Virus record (IMG/VR): IMGVR_UViG_3300031972_001459
Location: 1 to 62,526 of that record
DNA length: 62,526 nt
Strand: one strand, 5' to 3'
From: a virus
Taxonomy: Duplodnaviria; Caudoviricetes
In this document: positions 48,801-59,192 of the stretch, one piece after another
Numbering within the stretch: the first letter of the stretch is position 1
How the letters are laid out: the number at the start of each line of letters is the position of its first letter
Notes under the pieces: generated by a model
Database searches by the model: none
What the model saw: only the letters and a program-made list of their open reading frames with translations
What the model was told of the DNA's origin: nothing
Made by a program: the position numbers and the translations under genes

Positions 48801-49433
48801 ATGGCAGAGACCAAATCACTATCACAATTCAAATCTAGATTAGCGGGCGGTGGCGCCCGCCCCAATCTATTTGAAGTTTCAATTCCATCATTCCCATCAG
48901 CAATTTCTGATGCCTGGGGTAGTGGAGACCAGTCTGAGAATGGAACATTTAAGTTCCTTTGTAAGGCTGCAGCCCTTCCAGCTTCAAACACACCTTCATT
49001 CAATGTACCTTTTAGGGGTAGACAATTGAAGGTTGCTGGAGACAGAACGTTCGATCCATGGGAAGTTACAATCATCAATGATGAGGACTTCCAACTTAGA
49101 ACAGCGTTCGAGAGATGGGCAAACACTATCAGTAAGCTCGATGATGCAACTGGTGTTACCAACCCATCATCGTATATGACTGACGCATATGTTCAACAAC
49201 TCGGTAGAGGTGCTGAAAGATTTGCAACCACCAATGAAGGTGGTCAGTCCGCGGTTCTGAGGACGTATAAGTTCTTCGATATTTTCCCAACAAATATCAG
49301 TCAAATCGCACTGTCATACGATAGTGGAGATGCGTTAGAAGAATTTACGGTATCATTCGATGTTCAATATTATACTATCGGCAACTCACTGGAGTCTTCT
49401 GGTAGTAATAATGGTGAAGTTTTGATTGAATGA
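48801..49433 (+). CDS. gp19: Tail tube protein
   Basis: GGGARPNLFEV, VPFRGR.LKVAGDRTF. Confidence 0.96.
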   Translation: MAETKSLSQFKSRLAGGGARPNLFEVSIPSFPSAISDAWGSGDQSENGTFKFLCKAAALPASNTPSFNVPFRGRQLKVAGDRTFDPWEVTIINDEDFQLRTAFERWANTISKLDDATGVTNPSSYMTDAYVQQLGRGAERFATTNEGGQSAVLRTYKFFDIFPTNISQIALSYDSGDALEEFTVSFDVQYYTIGNSLESSGSNNGEVLIE

Positions 49434-49472
49434 TAAATAACTAGGAGATACACTTCTAGTAAATATATTGCA

Positions 49473-51149
49473 ATGGCGAGACTATTTGGTTACTCAATTG
49501 AAGATAGCGAAAAGACACCGCCTAGCGTAGTATCTCCGGTTCCACCCAATAATCAGGATGGATCGGAGAACTATGTTAGTAGCGGTTTTTTTGGTAGCTA
49601 CGTAGATATTGAAGGGGTATATAAAAACGAGACCGATCTCATCAGACGGTATCGTCAGATGGCACTCTATCCAGAATGTGATAGTGCAATCGAAGATATT
49701 GTAAACGAAGCAATTGTTTCAGACACAAATGATACTCCGGTATCAATCGAACTGTCTAATCTAAGTGCAAGTGATAACATCAAGAAAAAGGTAAGAGAAG
49801 AGTTTAGATACATTCTCGAACTTCTTGACTTTGATAAGAAGGCACACGAAATCTTTAGGAATTGGTATATTGACGGAAGACTTTACTACAATAAAGTCAT
49901 TGACCAAAAGAAACCACAAGATGGTATTCAAGAGCTGAGGTATATTGACTCAGCCAAAATGCGTTATGTTCGTAAGTTGAAGAAGAAGGGTCCTGATAGT
50001 GTTCAGACCGCACAAACCGCATTTACGAATAACAATGAAACTGCATACGATTTTCCAGAGATAGAAGAGTTCTTCATCTATACTCCAGATGCTCGTACTG
50101 GTACTGGGTACGGTGGTAATCCACAGAAGGGAGTCAAGATGACTCGTGATTCTGTTACCTATTGTACGTCTGGTCTGGTAGATAGGAACAAAGGACTTAC
50201 ATTGTCCTGGATGCATAAGGCAATCAAACCACTCAATCAGTTGATGATGATTGAGGATAGTTTGGTTATCTACAGACTATCAAGAGCACCAGAACGTAGA
50301 ATCTTCTACATTGACGTTGGCAATCTTCCTAAGCAGAAGGCAGAACAGTATCTGCGTGATGTCATGATGCGTTATAGAAACAAACTTGTATATGATGCAA
50401 ACACTGGTGAACTTCGTGATGATAAGAAGTTCATGTCTATGATGGAAGACTTCTGGTTGCCTAGAAGAGAAGGTGGTCGTGGTACTGAAATTACAACACT
50501 TCCTGGTGGTCAGAACCTTGGTGAAATTACTGACATCAACTACTTTCAGAGAAAACTTTATAGAGCTCTGAATGTTCCTGAAACCAGAATTGAAGGTGAA
50601 GGTTCTGGTATGTCATTGGGTCGTTCTTCTGAAATCTTGAGAGATGAAGTTAAGTTCTCCAAGTTTGTCGGAAGAATGAGAAAGAGATTCTCTGATATGT
50701 TTAACGACATGTTGAGAACTCAACTACTTCTGAAGAATATTGTGACTCCCGAAGATTGGGAGTACATGGCAGACCATATTCAATATGACTTCCTGTATGA
50801 CAATCACTTTGCAGAACTCAAAGATGCAGAGTTGATGACAGAGAGAATCAATCTTGCAACAATGATGGAACCATATATCGGTAAATATTACTCTTCTGAG
50901 TATGTAAGAAGAAATATCTTCCGTCAGACTGATGATGAAATCATTGAACAAGATAAACTGATTGAAAAAGAAATTGAAAATGGTGTAATTCCTGACCCCA
51001 ATGCAATTGCAATGGACCCTGAAATGGGTGGTGCTCCAGGAATGGGTGGTGCAATTCCACCTGATACTGGTGGTGGTGATGCAATTCAATCACCAGAAGT
51101 ACCTAAAGATCCTGCAGGACAAAAGAATCCAGCGGGTGGCATAATCTAA
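49473..51149 (+). CDS. gp20: Portal vertex protein
   Basis: RAPERRIFYIDVGNLPK, EDFWLPRREGGRGTEI. Confidence 0.97.
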   Translation: MARLFGYSIEDSEKTPPSVVSPVPPNNQDGSENYVSSGFFGSYVDIEGVYKNETDLIRRYRQMALYPECDSAIEDIVNEAIVSDTNDTPVSIELSNLSASDNIKKKVREEFRYILELLDFDKKAHEIFRNWYIDGRLYYNKVIDQKKPQDGIQELRYIDSAKMRYVRKLKKKGPDSVQTAQTAFTNNNETAYDFPEIEEFFIYTPDARTGTGYGGNPQKGVKMTRDSVTYCTSGLVDRNKGLTLSWMHKAIKPLNQLMMIEDSLVIYRLSRAPERRIFYIDVGNLPKQKAEQYLRDVMMRYRNKLVYDANTGELRDDKKFMSMMEDFWLPRREGGRGTEITTLPGGQNLGEITDINYFQRKLYRALNVPETRIEGEGSGMSLGRSSEILRDEVKFSKFVGRMRKRFSDMFNDMLRTQLLLKNIVTPEDWEYMADHIQYDFLYDNHFAELKDAELMTERINLATMMEPYIGKYYSSEYVRRNIFRQTDDEIIEQDKLIEKEIENGVIPDPNAIAMDPEMGGAPGMGGAIPPDTGGGDAIQSPEVPKDPAGQKNPAGGII

Positions 51150-51177
51150 ATAAACTTTAAAGTAATCATTAATCAAC

Positions 51178-51357
51178 ATGGATGACCTTATGGACATGCT
51201 CGTCAAAGATGACGAGTCTGCATCACAAATCAGTGATAAAATCAAAGACATTTTGTTTGCAAAGAGTGCAGAACAGATTGAAACTATCAGACCAAACGTT
51301 GCTGCATCAATTTTTGATGAGCCTGTTTCGGATGAGGAAATTGAATCTGAGGTATAA
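51178..51357 (+). CDS. Small acidic protein at the gp67-like prohead-core position
   Basis: Translated manually, 59 aa; frame stays open to 51381 after the TAA. Confidence 0.7.
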   Translation: MDDLMDMLVKDDESASQISDKIKDILFAKSAEQIETIRPNVAASIFDEPVSDEEIESEV

Positions 51358-51420
51358 GTAGAACCTTCAGAAGAAGAGTAATACTAAATACCTTTATAAG
51401 TAACTATTGTAATTAAAATA

Positions 51421-51969
51421 ATGGGAGCGACACGACCAGTAGGAGTCAATACTACTTTTGCAACAAGTACTTCTTCTACTCAAACATCAGCAATTCCGCA
51501 ACAATCTGATACTATTAGAGTTGTAGCAGTGGGTGCAGGGGTTCATATTGCATATGGTAATAACCCAACTGCAACTTCTTCAAATTTCTTTGTAGCTACA
51601 ACGGATACTGCAGAGATTTCACTTGGACCTGTAGCATCTCAAAGAGTTGTTGCATATACTAAAGGAACTACTACGACTCTAGATTTTCCAGAAGGAACTG
51701 GATGTCCTTTTGGTCCAGGAGAAGCCGTATCGTTGACTGTTGATGGTCAAGCAGCATTTGATTTTGAACATCAAAACGTTCTATCAGTTAATAACACATC
51801 TGGTCGTGATGGATTTTTTGGTACACGATGTGTCATTGATTATAATTCTTCCTCTGTTGTAGGAACATTTGATCCAAAATATGCGACATTGAGAAGGTCA
51901 ATTAAGGTTGCCGCAGTTACAGCATCTGGAACTGGCACCGTTCACATCCAACAAGTACAAAGATCCTGA
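51421..51969 (+). CDS. Conserved cyanophage hypothetical protein
   Basis: ORF between gp20 and gp21. Confidence 0.75.
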   Translation: MGATRPVGVNTTFATSTSSTQTSAIPQQSDTIRVVAVGAGVHIAYGNNPTATSSNFFVATTDTAEISLGPVASQRVVAYTKGTTTTLDFPEGTGCPFGPGEAVSLTVDGQAAFDFEHQNVLSVNNTSGRDGFFGTRCVIDYNSSSVVGTFDPKYATLRRSIKVAAVTASGTGTVHIQQVQRS

Positions 51970-51974
51970 GAACA

Positions 51975-52625
51975 ATGAGACTTATCAGAGAAGAAATCGA
52001 AACAGTTGATTTTATCGTTGAAGAAAAGAACGGTAAAAAGAGTATGTTCATTGAAGGTATCTTCCTTCAAGGAGACATCTGTAATCGTAATGGAAGAATG
52101 TATCAAATGGAGGGCCTGAGAAAGGAAGTCCAACGATACACAGAAAACCATATTGATTGTGGTAGGGCCCTTGGAGAACTAGGCCACCCAGATGGCCCAA
52201 CAGTAAACTTGGATCGTGTCAGTCACAAAATTGTTTCATTAAGAGAAAGTGGGACAAACTTTATTGGTAAGGCCAAAATTCTTTCAACCCCAATGGGTCA
52301 GATTGCACAATCACTTATTGGTGAAGGTGTCAAATTGGGTGTTTCTTCTAGAGGCATCGGATCACTGACCCAAACTAAAGAAGGTATCAACGTTGTTGGT
52401 TCCGACTTTATGTTGGCAACCGCTGCTGACATTGTAGCAGACCCTTCTGCACCTGATGCTTTCGTTGAAGGTATCATGGAAGGTAAAGAATGGATCTGGG
52501 ATGGTGGCATCCTTAGGGAACAACAAGCCGCCAAAACTTACAAGCATATCAATACACTTGTAACAACTAAGCAACTTGACGAGCAAAAGCTCGACCTTTT
52601 CAACAACTTTTTGAACAATCTTTAA
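51975..52625 (+). CDS. gp21: Prohead protease
   Basis: NRNGR.Y, ALGELGHP, LGVSSRG.GSL, D.VADPSAPDAFV. Confidence 0.96.
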   Translation: MRLIREEIETVDFIVEEKNGKKSMFIEGIFLQGDICNRNGRMYQMEGLRKEVQRYTENHIDCGRALGELGHPDGPTVNLDRVSHKIVSLRESGTNFIGKAKILSTPMGQIAQSLIGEGVKLGVSSRGIGSLTQTKEGINVVGSDFMLATAADIVADPSAPDAFVEGIMEGKEWIWDGGILREQQAAKTYKHINTLVTTKQLDEQKLDLFNNFLNNL

Positions 52626-52646
52626 AAGGTATTGAAATAAACAAAT

Positions 52647-52654
52647 TATAAATA
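52647..52654 (+). promoter_or_regulatory. T4-type late promoter
   Basis: TATAAATA upstream of gp22. Confidence 0.7.
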
Positions 52655-52691
52655 AATATAGATTAAAAAAGGTTAATCGGAGTACCCTCAA

Positions 52692-53741
52692 ATGTCTCGT
52701 GGAGATTTACAAGAAATGGAGCAATCTAAAACTGCTGTGAACGCCAACGCTAAATCTGCTGAACCAATGCAGAAGCTATCAAATCCCGGCGAAGGTCTTT
52801 CACCTTCTTACGAGGATTTGGGCGGTCCAACACCAGAAAACTACAAAGTTGACGATGATTCGGCAAAGCTCAAAGAGCCTATGATCAAAACAGTTAACGA
52901 TGTAGTTAATTCAAAAGTCGCCAAGGCTGATGCAATGAAAAAAATGGCTAAGGAAGAAATCGAATCTACTGAAGAAGAAGTTCTTGAAGAAGAAGAGATT
53001 GTTTCTGAAGACGAAGGCATCGACATTGAAGAAGATGTAAACGCACTTCTCGGTGGCGAAGAGCTCTCCGAAGAATTCAAAGAAAAGGCTAAGGTCATCT
53101 TTGAAGCCGCACTAACCTCTAAAATCAAAGAAATCCAGGAAACCCTGGAAGTTCAGTTTGAAGCCAAACTGGACGAAGAAAGAGAAGCCCTTAAGGAATC
53201 TCTTACTGAAAGAGTTGACTCTTATCTTGAGTATGTCTGCGAAGAGTGGATGAAAGAGAATGAGTTGGCAATCGAACATGGTCTCAAGACCGAAATGACA
53301 GAATCCTTCCTCTCTGGAATGAAGGGTCTATTTGAAGAGCATTATGTAACAATCCCTGAAGAGAAATATGATGTTCTTGAGAGCATGGTAGACAAACTTG
53401 ATGATATGGAGACAAAACTCAACGAGCAAATCGATAAGAATATCGGCCTGAACAAGCGTCTTGCCGAGTCAGTTTCTGATAATATTCTTGATAACGTTTC
53501 TGAAGGCCTTGCAGCCACACAGAAAGAGAAGCTCGCTTCACTCGCTGAAAGTATTGAGTTTGAAAGTGAAGAAGAATATCGTGAAAAGCTGGAAACACTG
53601 AAGGAGTCTTACTTCTCCAGAACTCCAACTACAAAATCTGACGCTCCCCAAACCCTTTCCGAGGGTGTGGATAGTACCCCTGCTCCTGTTGCAGGAACCA
53701 TGGATGCATATCTCAGAACACTGGGTGCGTTCAAAAACTGA
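52692..53741 (+). CDS. gp22: Prohead core scaffolding protein
   Basis: Glu-rich; KA..IFEAA, VDSYLEYV.EEW..EN. Confidence 0.92.
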   Translation: MSRGDLQEMEQSKTAVNANAKSAEPMQKLSNPGEGLSPSYEDLGGPTPENYKVDDDSAKLKEPMIKTVNDVVNSKVAKADAMKKMAKEEIESTEEEVLEEEEIVSEDEGIDIEEDVNALLGGEELSEEFKEKAKVIFEAALTSKIKEIQETLEVQFEAKLDEEREALKESLTERVDSYLEYVCEEWMKENELAIEHGLKTEMTESFLSGMKGLFEEHYVTIPEEKYDVLESMVDKLDDMETKLNEQIDKNIGLNKRLAESVSDNILDNVSEGLAATQKEKLASLAESIEFESEEEYREKLETLKESYFSRTPTTKSDAPQTLSEGVDSTPAPVAGTMDAYLRTLGAFKN

Positions 53742-53784
53742 ATTTAACATTCATTCAAACAAAACAAACTATTAGGTAAAGCAA

Positions 53785-55209
53785 ATGTTTCAATCTGAGC
53801 ATCTGCAGGAAAAGTGGAGTCCACTTCTCGACTATGAAGGCCTTGATCCAATCAAGGATTCACACCGTAGAAGCGTAACCGCAGTCCTGCTCGAGAACCA
53901 AGAAAAATTCCTCCGTGAGGAAGCAGCATTCAGTCAGGGTATCAACCTGATGGAATCCCCCACTAACTCTGCAGGTAGTAACCCTACTGGTTTCTCCGCA
54001 AACGCAACCGCAACAGGACCTGTTGCTGGTTTCGACCCCGTTCTGATCTCCTTGATCAGACGTGCAATGCCTAACCTGGTCGCATATGACCTGGCTGGCG
54101 TTCAGCCAATGAACGGTCCTACTGGACTCATCTTCGCGATGCGTTCACGTTACGAGAATCAGTCTGGTACCGAAGCACTGTTCGACGAGGCAAATACAGC
54201 ATTCGCTGGTCAGGATGACGGCTTCAATCTTGAAGGTGGTTTCTCTGACGGTCCTGTTGGTCTTGGTACTACGGCACAGAATGGTCCTAACCCCGCAGTT
54301 CTGAACCCCGTTGGTACTGCAACCACGAACCCCTCACCATATAACGTTGGTGAAGGAATGCAGACCGGTGATGCTGAGAACCTTGGTTCTGCGGCCGGCG
54401 ATCAGTTCAACCAGATGGCCTTCTCGATCGAGAAAGTCACCGTAACCGCCAAGTCTAGAGCTCTGAAAGCAGAGTACAGCTTGGAACTGGCACAAGACCT
54501 TAAGGCCATCCACGGTCTTAACGCTGAAGCCGAACTGGCTAACATCCTCTCTACTGAAATCCTTGCGGAAATCAACAGAGAAGTCATCCGTACCATCTAC
54601 AAAGTTGCTGAGCAAGGCGCTGTTTCTAACACCGCAACTGCTGGTATCTTCGACCTGGACGTTGACTCTAATGGTCGTTGGTCCGTTGAGAAGTTCAAAG
54701 GTCTTCTGTTCCAAATCGAGAGAGACGCTAACGCGATTGCTCAAAGAACTCGTAGAGGAAAGGGCAACATGGTTCTGTGTTCCGCAGACGTTGCTTCCGC
54801 ACTGACCATGGCTGGTATCCTTGATTACACCCCAGCACTGAATGCAAACCTGAATGTCGATGACACGGGTAACACATTCGCTGGTACGATCAACGGTAAG
54901 TTCCGTGTATACATCGACCCCTATTCTGCTAACCTCACCGCTGCTAACGCTGCTGGTGGTAATCAGTACTACGTCGTTGGTTATAAGGGTTCTTCCCCTT
55001 ATGACGCTGGTTTGTTCTATTGTCCTTATGTGCCGCTCCAGATGGTTCGTGCCGTTGGAGAAAATACATTTCAGCCTAAAATTGGTTTCAAGACGCGCTA
55101 TGGTCTTGTTGCTAATCCATTCGCTGAAGGTACTACTCAAGGTCTTGGCAGACTCCGCATCAACTCCAACCGTTACTACAGACGTGTAGCAGTCAAGAAT
55201 TTGATGTAG
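53785..55209 (+). CDS. gp23: Major capsid protein
   Basis: GVQPM.GPTGLIFAMR, LSTEILAEINRE, FQPKIGFKTRYG. Confidence 0.98.
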   Translation: MFQSEHLQEKWSPLLDYEGLDPIKDSHRRSVTAVLLENQEKFLREEAAFSQGINLMESPTNSAGSNPTGFSANATATGPVAGFDPVLISLIRRAMPNLVAYDLAGVQPMNGPTGLIFAMRSRYENQSGTEALFDEANTAFAGQDDGFNLEGGFSDGPVGLGTTAQNGPNPAVLNPVGTATTNPSPYNVGEGMQTGDAENLGSAAGDQFNQMAFSIEKVTVTAKSRALKAEYSLELAQDLKAIHGLNAEAELANILSTEILAEINREVIRTIYKVAEQGAVSNTATAGIFDLDVDSNGRWSVEKFKGLLFQIERDANAIAQRTRRGKGNMVLCSADVASALTMAGILDYTPALNANLNVDDTGNTFAGTINGKFRVYIDPYSANLTAANAAGGNQYYVVGYKGSSPYDAGLFYCPYVPLQMVRAVGENTFQPKIGFKTRYGLVANPFAEGTTQGLGRLRINSNRYYRRVAVKNLM

Positions 55210-55232
55210 GCTCTAGCCTCATTGATTATCTG

Positions 55233-55256
55233 GAGACCCGAAAGGGTCTCTTTTTT
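55233..55256 (+). terminator. Intrinsic terminator after gp23
   Basis: GAGACCC-GAAA-GGGTCTC plus T6. Confidence 0.9.
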
Positions 55257-55267
55257 ATGCATACTCT

Positions 55268-55275
55268 TATAAATA
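55268..55275 (+). promoter_or_regulatory. T4-type late promoter
   Basis: TATAAATA 22 nt upstream of the GIY-YIG gene. Confidence 0.7.
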
Positions 55276-55297
55276 AGTTAAGAAGCTAAAAATAATC

Positions 55298-55789
55298 ATG
55301 GCATATATTTACCAGGCCGTTAATAAAAAGAATGGTAAATCCTATATTGGTCGCACCACTTATAAACGTTTGAGGCAGAGAGAAAGCACACACTGGTGGT
55401 ATGCAAATAATAAAGGATATAACCACCCTTTCCCTAATGCACTTATCAAGTATGGTAGAGATATGTTTGAGTGGAGTATATTAGAGGAGTGTAGTAAAGA
55501 AGACCAGGGTACTAGGGAGGTATATTGGATTGATAAAATTAAACCAGAGTATAACGCAACCCTTGGTGGAGACGGTGGTAGTTATGGTATCCCCTGTTCG
55601 GAAGAGAAGAAAAAAATCCTATCAAAAGCTGTGGCCAAATCAGTAATAAACCTTGATACCGAAGAAGTATTTGATAGTTTGCAGGATGCCGCAAATTTTG
55701 CGGGTGTGTCTGTCAGTATGATAAGTATGGCATGTAGTGGTAAAAGGAAGACAGCTGGTAGTTATAGATGGAAACTGATTGATAAATAG
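55298..55789 (+). CDS. GIY-YIG homing endonuclease (Seg-like)
   Basis: YIY..NGKSYIG, REVYWI..PEYN...GGDG; NUMOD1-like C-terminus. Confidence 0.88.
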   Translation: MAYIYQAVNKKNGKSYIGRTTYKRLRQRESTHWWYANNKGYNHPFPNALIKYGRDMFEWSILEECSKEDQGTREVYWIDKIKPEYNATLGGDGGSYGIPCSEEKKKILSKAVAKSVINLDTEEVFDSLQDAANFAGVSVSMISMACSGKRKTAGSYRWKLIDK

Positions 55790-55840
55790 TAAAAAGTATC
55801 TTTGATTGACTAATAAATAATACATCACTGCCTTAAAGTA

Positions 55841-55999
55841 ATGGCATCTTATATTAAAAAAATCGTTTGTAACAAAGAAGTTTATTATAAAGGTAACGAT
55901 CAGTGGACAGAAACGTTTGTTGAAAGAAAACGATTCAATAATGAAGGAGATGCCAATGAGGAACATCACAGATATTCTGGAGTTGTAATTAACGAATAA
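55841..55999 (+). CDS. Small hypothetical protein (52 aa)
   Basis: Translated manually (VYYKG..QW....RK.F); TAATG coupling to gp3. Confidence 0.65.
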   Translation: MASYIKKIVCNKEVYYKGNDQWTETFVERKRFNNEGDANEEHHRYSGVVINE

Positions 56000-56547
56000 T
56001 GACAAACTCATTCGCAGGACAAGTTACCGATAGAAACTTCTTACAGGCAACTGGATTTAGATTTTCGGTAGCAAAAGCTGATAAGGTTGGTTTTTTCGGT
56101 AACGCAATTAACGTTCCTGGATTTACACTCGGTTCTCCAGACCAACCTAGTTATCTCAAGATGATACCTAGAGTTGGTGATATCTTAGATTATAATGATT
56201 TAAGAATAAGATTTTTGATTGATCAAAATCTTGAAAACTATATGCAAATCCAAAACTGGATGAGGGGTATTGGATTTCCAGATAGTCTAGATGAGATTTA
56301 TAAATTTCAAAACTCTTGGGATGTACCTAAAGAAGAACGAAGTGAGATTAACTTAACTTCTGATGGAACTCTGACAATACTTAGTTCAATAAATACCCCA
56401 TTGTTTGCAGTCAAATTCTTAGACATGTTTCCTACGAGTCTTTCTGACATTAACTTTGACTCAACATTAACCGATGTGGAATACTTGACAGCTGAGGTTA
56501 GTTTCAAGTATCTTAACTATACGATAGAACCATTTGATTGTTGTTAA
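55999..56547 (+). CDS. gp3: Tail completion / tube terminator protein
   Basis: NFL...GF.F, F..D.NLENY..I.NW, SDGTL, FPTSLS; synteny. Confidence 0.85.
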   Translation: MTNSFAGQVTDRNFLQATGFRFSVAKADKVGFFGNAINVPGFTLGSPDQPSYLKMIPRVGDILDYNDLRIRFLIDQNLENYMQIQNWMRGIGFPDSLDEIYKFQNSWDVPKEERSEINLTSDGTLTILSSINTPLFAVKFLDMFPTSLSDINFDSTLTDVEYLTAEVSFKYLNYTIEPFDCC

Positions 56548-56982
56548 ATGATTGACTTGACCGGAATCCAAGAGATGTGGGAAAAGGATTCTAAAATTGA
56601 TATTGATAACTTACATACAGAATCTATAAACATTCCCGTTCTACATGCAAAATATTATGACATTTATAATAACCTTATGTTGTTGAGGAAGAAAGCAGAA
56701 CAACAAAAGAAAAACATTCGTCACGAAAGATATGAGTTTTATTCAGGTAAAGCAGATCCCGATGTTTATATCGAAACTCCGTTTCCCAAAAAGATCCGAG
56801 ATAAAGACACTCTTCAAAAATATCTTGACGCAGATGAGAAACTCTCAGGAGTTTCGTTAAAAATAGACTACTACGAAGTGATGCTCAAATACATTGAAGA
56901 GATTTTAAAACAGATAACACAAAGAAATTACCAAATTAAAAACACCATAGATTTTATGAGGTTTACATCTGGAGCAGGTTAA
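56548..56982 (+). CDS. uvsY: Recombination mediator
   Basis: WEKDS.ID, IP.LH.KY, YLDAD, R.YQIKN.I. Confidence 0.88.
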   Translation: MIDLTGIQEMWEKDSKIDIDNLHTESINIPVLHAKYYDIYNNLMLLRKKAEQQKKNIRHERYEFYSGKADPDVYIETPFPKKIRDKDTLQKYLDADEKLSGVSLKIDYYEVMLKYIEEILKQITQRNYQIKNTIDFMRFTSGAG

Positions 56983-57164
56983 TGGATGAAGAGGGTTATT
57001 ACCATATAGAATTACCCATTGAAGGTATTCGTCTTATTCATACAGGTCTATCTCAGGCAGTACAGAGATGGCCTGGAGGAGATGCTGAAGAACAGGAAAG
57101 TCTTATTATGATGAGAGATAATTTTTATAGAATTATATTAGAACATCAGTTTGACAGTATGTAA
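56982..57164 (+). CDS. Hypothetical protein (WPGG..EQ)
   Basis: TAATG coupling. Confidence 0.65.
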   Translation: MDEEGYYHIELPIEGIRLIHTGLSQAVQRWPGGDAEEQESLIMMRDNFYRIILEHQFDSM

Positions 57165-57192
57165 TAAATAATAGTAACTAAAAAGTTACATT

Positions 57193-58659
57193 ATGTCTCA
57201 TTTGACAATTGAGAAGGTAAATGAAGTATATCTAAAAATAACAACTGAACCGCATGTTGAGCATGAGTTGCGGGACAAATTCACCTTCGAGGTCGAGAAC
57301 AAAAAGTTTATGCCGCAATACCGTAATAAGTATTGGGATGGTTATGTGCATCTTTATAATATGAAGACCAAGAGAATATATGTTGGTCTATTAGATAAAA
57401 TTATAGCATTTTGCGAGACTGCAGGTTATACATATAAATTTGAAAATAACAAATATTATGGGCCGCCCTTTGAAGTAAATGACTTTGTAAGTCGAGGTGG
57501 TGTAAAAGATTATATGAAAAGTATTGCGCCGGATATATCACCTAGAGATTATCAGATAGATGCGGTATATGAGGCTCTACGATACAATAGAAAGTTATTG
57601 ATATCACCTACGGCATCTGGTAAGTCATTTATGATTTACTCTGTTGTGCGATACCATGTGGCACGCGGTAATAAAATCTTACTGGTTGTGCCCACTACCT
57701 CGCTCGTTGAGCAAATGTATAAAGATTTTGAGAGTTACTCTTGGGATGCTTCAAACCACTGTCACCGTATCTACGCAGGACGTGAGAGAGTCAATACAAA
57801 CTCTGTAACTATAACTACTTGGCAGTCTGTTTATCAGTTAGATAGGAAGTTCTTTGAGGACTATGATGTCATCATTGGTGATGAGGCACACTTGTTTAAG
57901 AGTAAGTCTCTTGTAGGGATTATGGACAAGTTACATCATGCAAAGTATAGATATGGGTTCACAGGAACATTAGACGGGACACAGACCCATAAGTGGGTGT
58001 TAGAGGGACTGTTTGGTCCATCATATAAAGTTACAGGAACAAAGAAACTCATTGATGAAGGTCATCTTGCAACACTTGATATTCAGTGTCTTGTATTGAA
58101 GTATAAACCAAAGAAGTTTGATACATACGAAGATGAGATTCAGTATCTTATTTCTCACGAAATAAGAAATAAATTTATTACTAATCTTTCTTGTACTATG
58201 AAAGGTAACACACTTGTATTATTCAGTCGTGTTGAATCTCATGGTGCAATTTTATATGAGATGATAAATAATAAGGTAAGTGAAGGAAGAAGAGTATTCT
58301 TTATTCACGGTGGTGTTGGTGCAGAAGATAGGGAACAGGTCAGACTTATTACTGAATCACAACAAGACGCTATCATTGTTGCATCATACGGAACATTTAG
58401 TACCGGCATTAATATTAAAAATCTACACAATGTAATATTTGCCTCTCCATCCAAATCTCGTATTCGGAACTTACAGAGTATTGGTAGAGTCCTACGTAAA
58501 GGCAAAGATAAAGTGAGTGCAAAACTTTATGATATTGCTGATGACTTTACAATTGGTTCAAGAAAAAACTATACACTGAATCATTTTATTGAGCGGATTA
58601 AAATTTATGTTTCTGAACAATTCAATTACGATATTTTAACTATTGATATAAAAGATTAA
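57193..58659 (+). CDS. uvsW: RNA-DNA/DNA helicase
   Basis: SPTASGKS, DEAH, GFTGT, QSIGRVLR. Confidence 0.95.
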   Translation: MSHLTIEKVNEVYLKITTEPHVEHELRDKFTFEVENKKFMPQYRNKYWDGYVHLYNMKTKRIYVGLLDKIIAFCETAGYTYKFENNKYYGPPFEVNDFVSRGGVKDYMKSIAPDISPRDYQIDAVYEALRYNRKLLISPTASGKSFMIYSVVRYHVARGNKILLVVPTTSLVEQMYKDFESYSWDASNHCHRIYAGRERVNTNSVTITTWQSVYQLDRKFFEDYDVIIGDEAHLFKSKSLVGIMDKLHHAKYRYGFTGTLDGTQTHKWVLEGLFGPSYKVTGTKKLIDEGHLATLDIQCLVLKYKPKKFDTYEDEIQYLISHEIRNKFITNLSCTMKGNTLVLFSRVESHGAILYEMINNKVSEGRRVFFIHGGVGAEDREQVRLITESQQDAIIVASYGTFSTGINIKNLHNVIFASPSKSRIRNLQSIGRVLRKGKDKVSAKLYDIADDFTIGSRKNYTLNHFIERIKIYVSEQFNYDILTIDIKD

Positions 58660-58672
58660 ACAAGGAGAGTAT

Positions 58673-59056
58673 ATGATAGAAGATGACTTTTTCGCCACCA
58701 TAAAACTTAAATGTGGTGATGAGATATTTGCTAAGGTAGCAGCATCTGATGAAGATGATAGAACGATGTTACTACTATCAAATCCTATTATGATAGAACC
58801 TGTGAAGAGTAGAGGTTCTATTACTGGATATAAGTTTGAACCTTGGTTAAAGACTTCTCATGAAGATTTGTTTGTAATCAATCTAGATGATGTTCTTACG
58901 ATGTCTGAATCAGAGAATCTTGAGATGATTATGAACTATCAAGAGTACATAAGAAAATCTACTAAAACTAACTTTCAGAAGTTAGATAGAAAGATGGGAT
59001 ACATTTCTAGTGTCCATGATGCTAAAGAAGTTCTAGAGAAACTCTATAATCTCTAA
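58673..59056 (+). CDS. Conserved T4-like hypothetical protein (Sm-like)
   Basis: IKL..G.EIFA.V; sits between uvsW and gp55. Confidence 0.75.
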   Translation: MIEDDFFATIKLKCGDEIFAKVAASDEDDRTMLLLSNPIMIEPVKSRGSITGYKFEPWLKTSHEDLFVINLDDVLTMSESENLEMIMNYQEYIRKSTKTNFQKLDRKMGYISSVHDAKEVLEKLYNL

Positions 59057-59123
59057 GAACCTATAACTTATCTATCAAACGGGACAAGCCTAGTCTATGT
59101 GGCATTTGTATTCTTGTCAACAC

Positions 59124-59152
59124 TTGTCGAACTGATAAGATCATGTTATAAT
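59124..59152 (+). promoter_or_regulatory. Sigma70 promoter for gp55
   Basis: TTGTCG-N17-TATAAT with extended -10 TG. Confidence 0.7.
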
Positions 59153-59192
59153 AAGTACAACACATTATTCGGGTTAAAGACTTGAAACCATT

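Noticed and set aside
54334-55140. 268-aa minus-strand ORF
   Set aside because: Antisense shadow of the codon-biased gp23; same applies to the many minus ORFs inside structural genes
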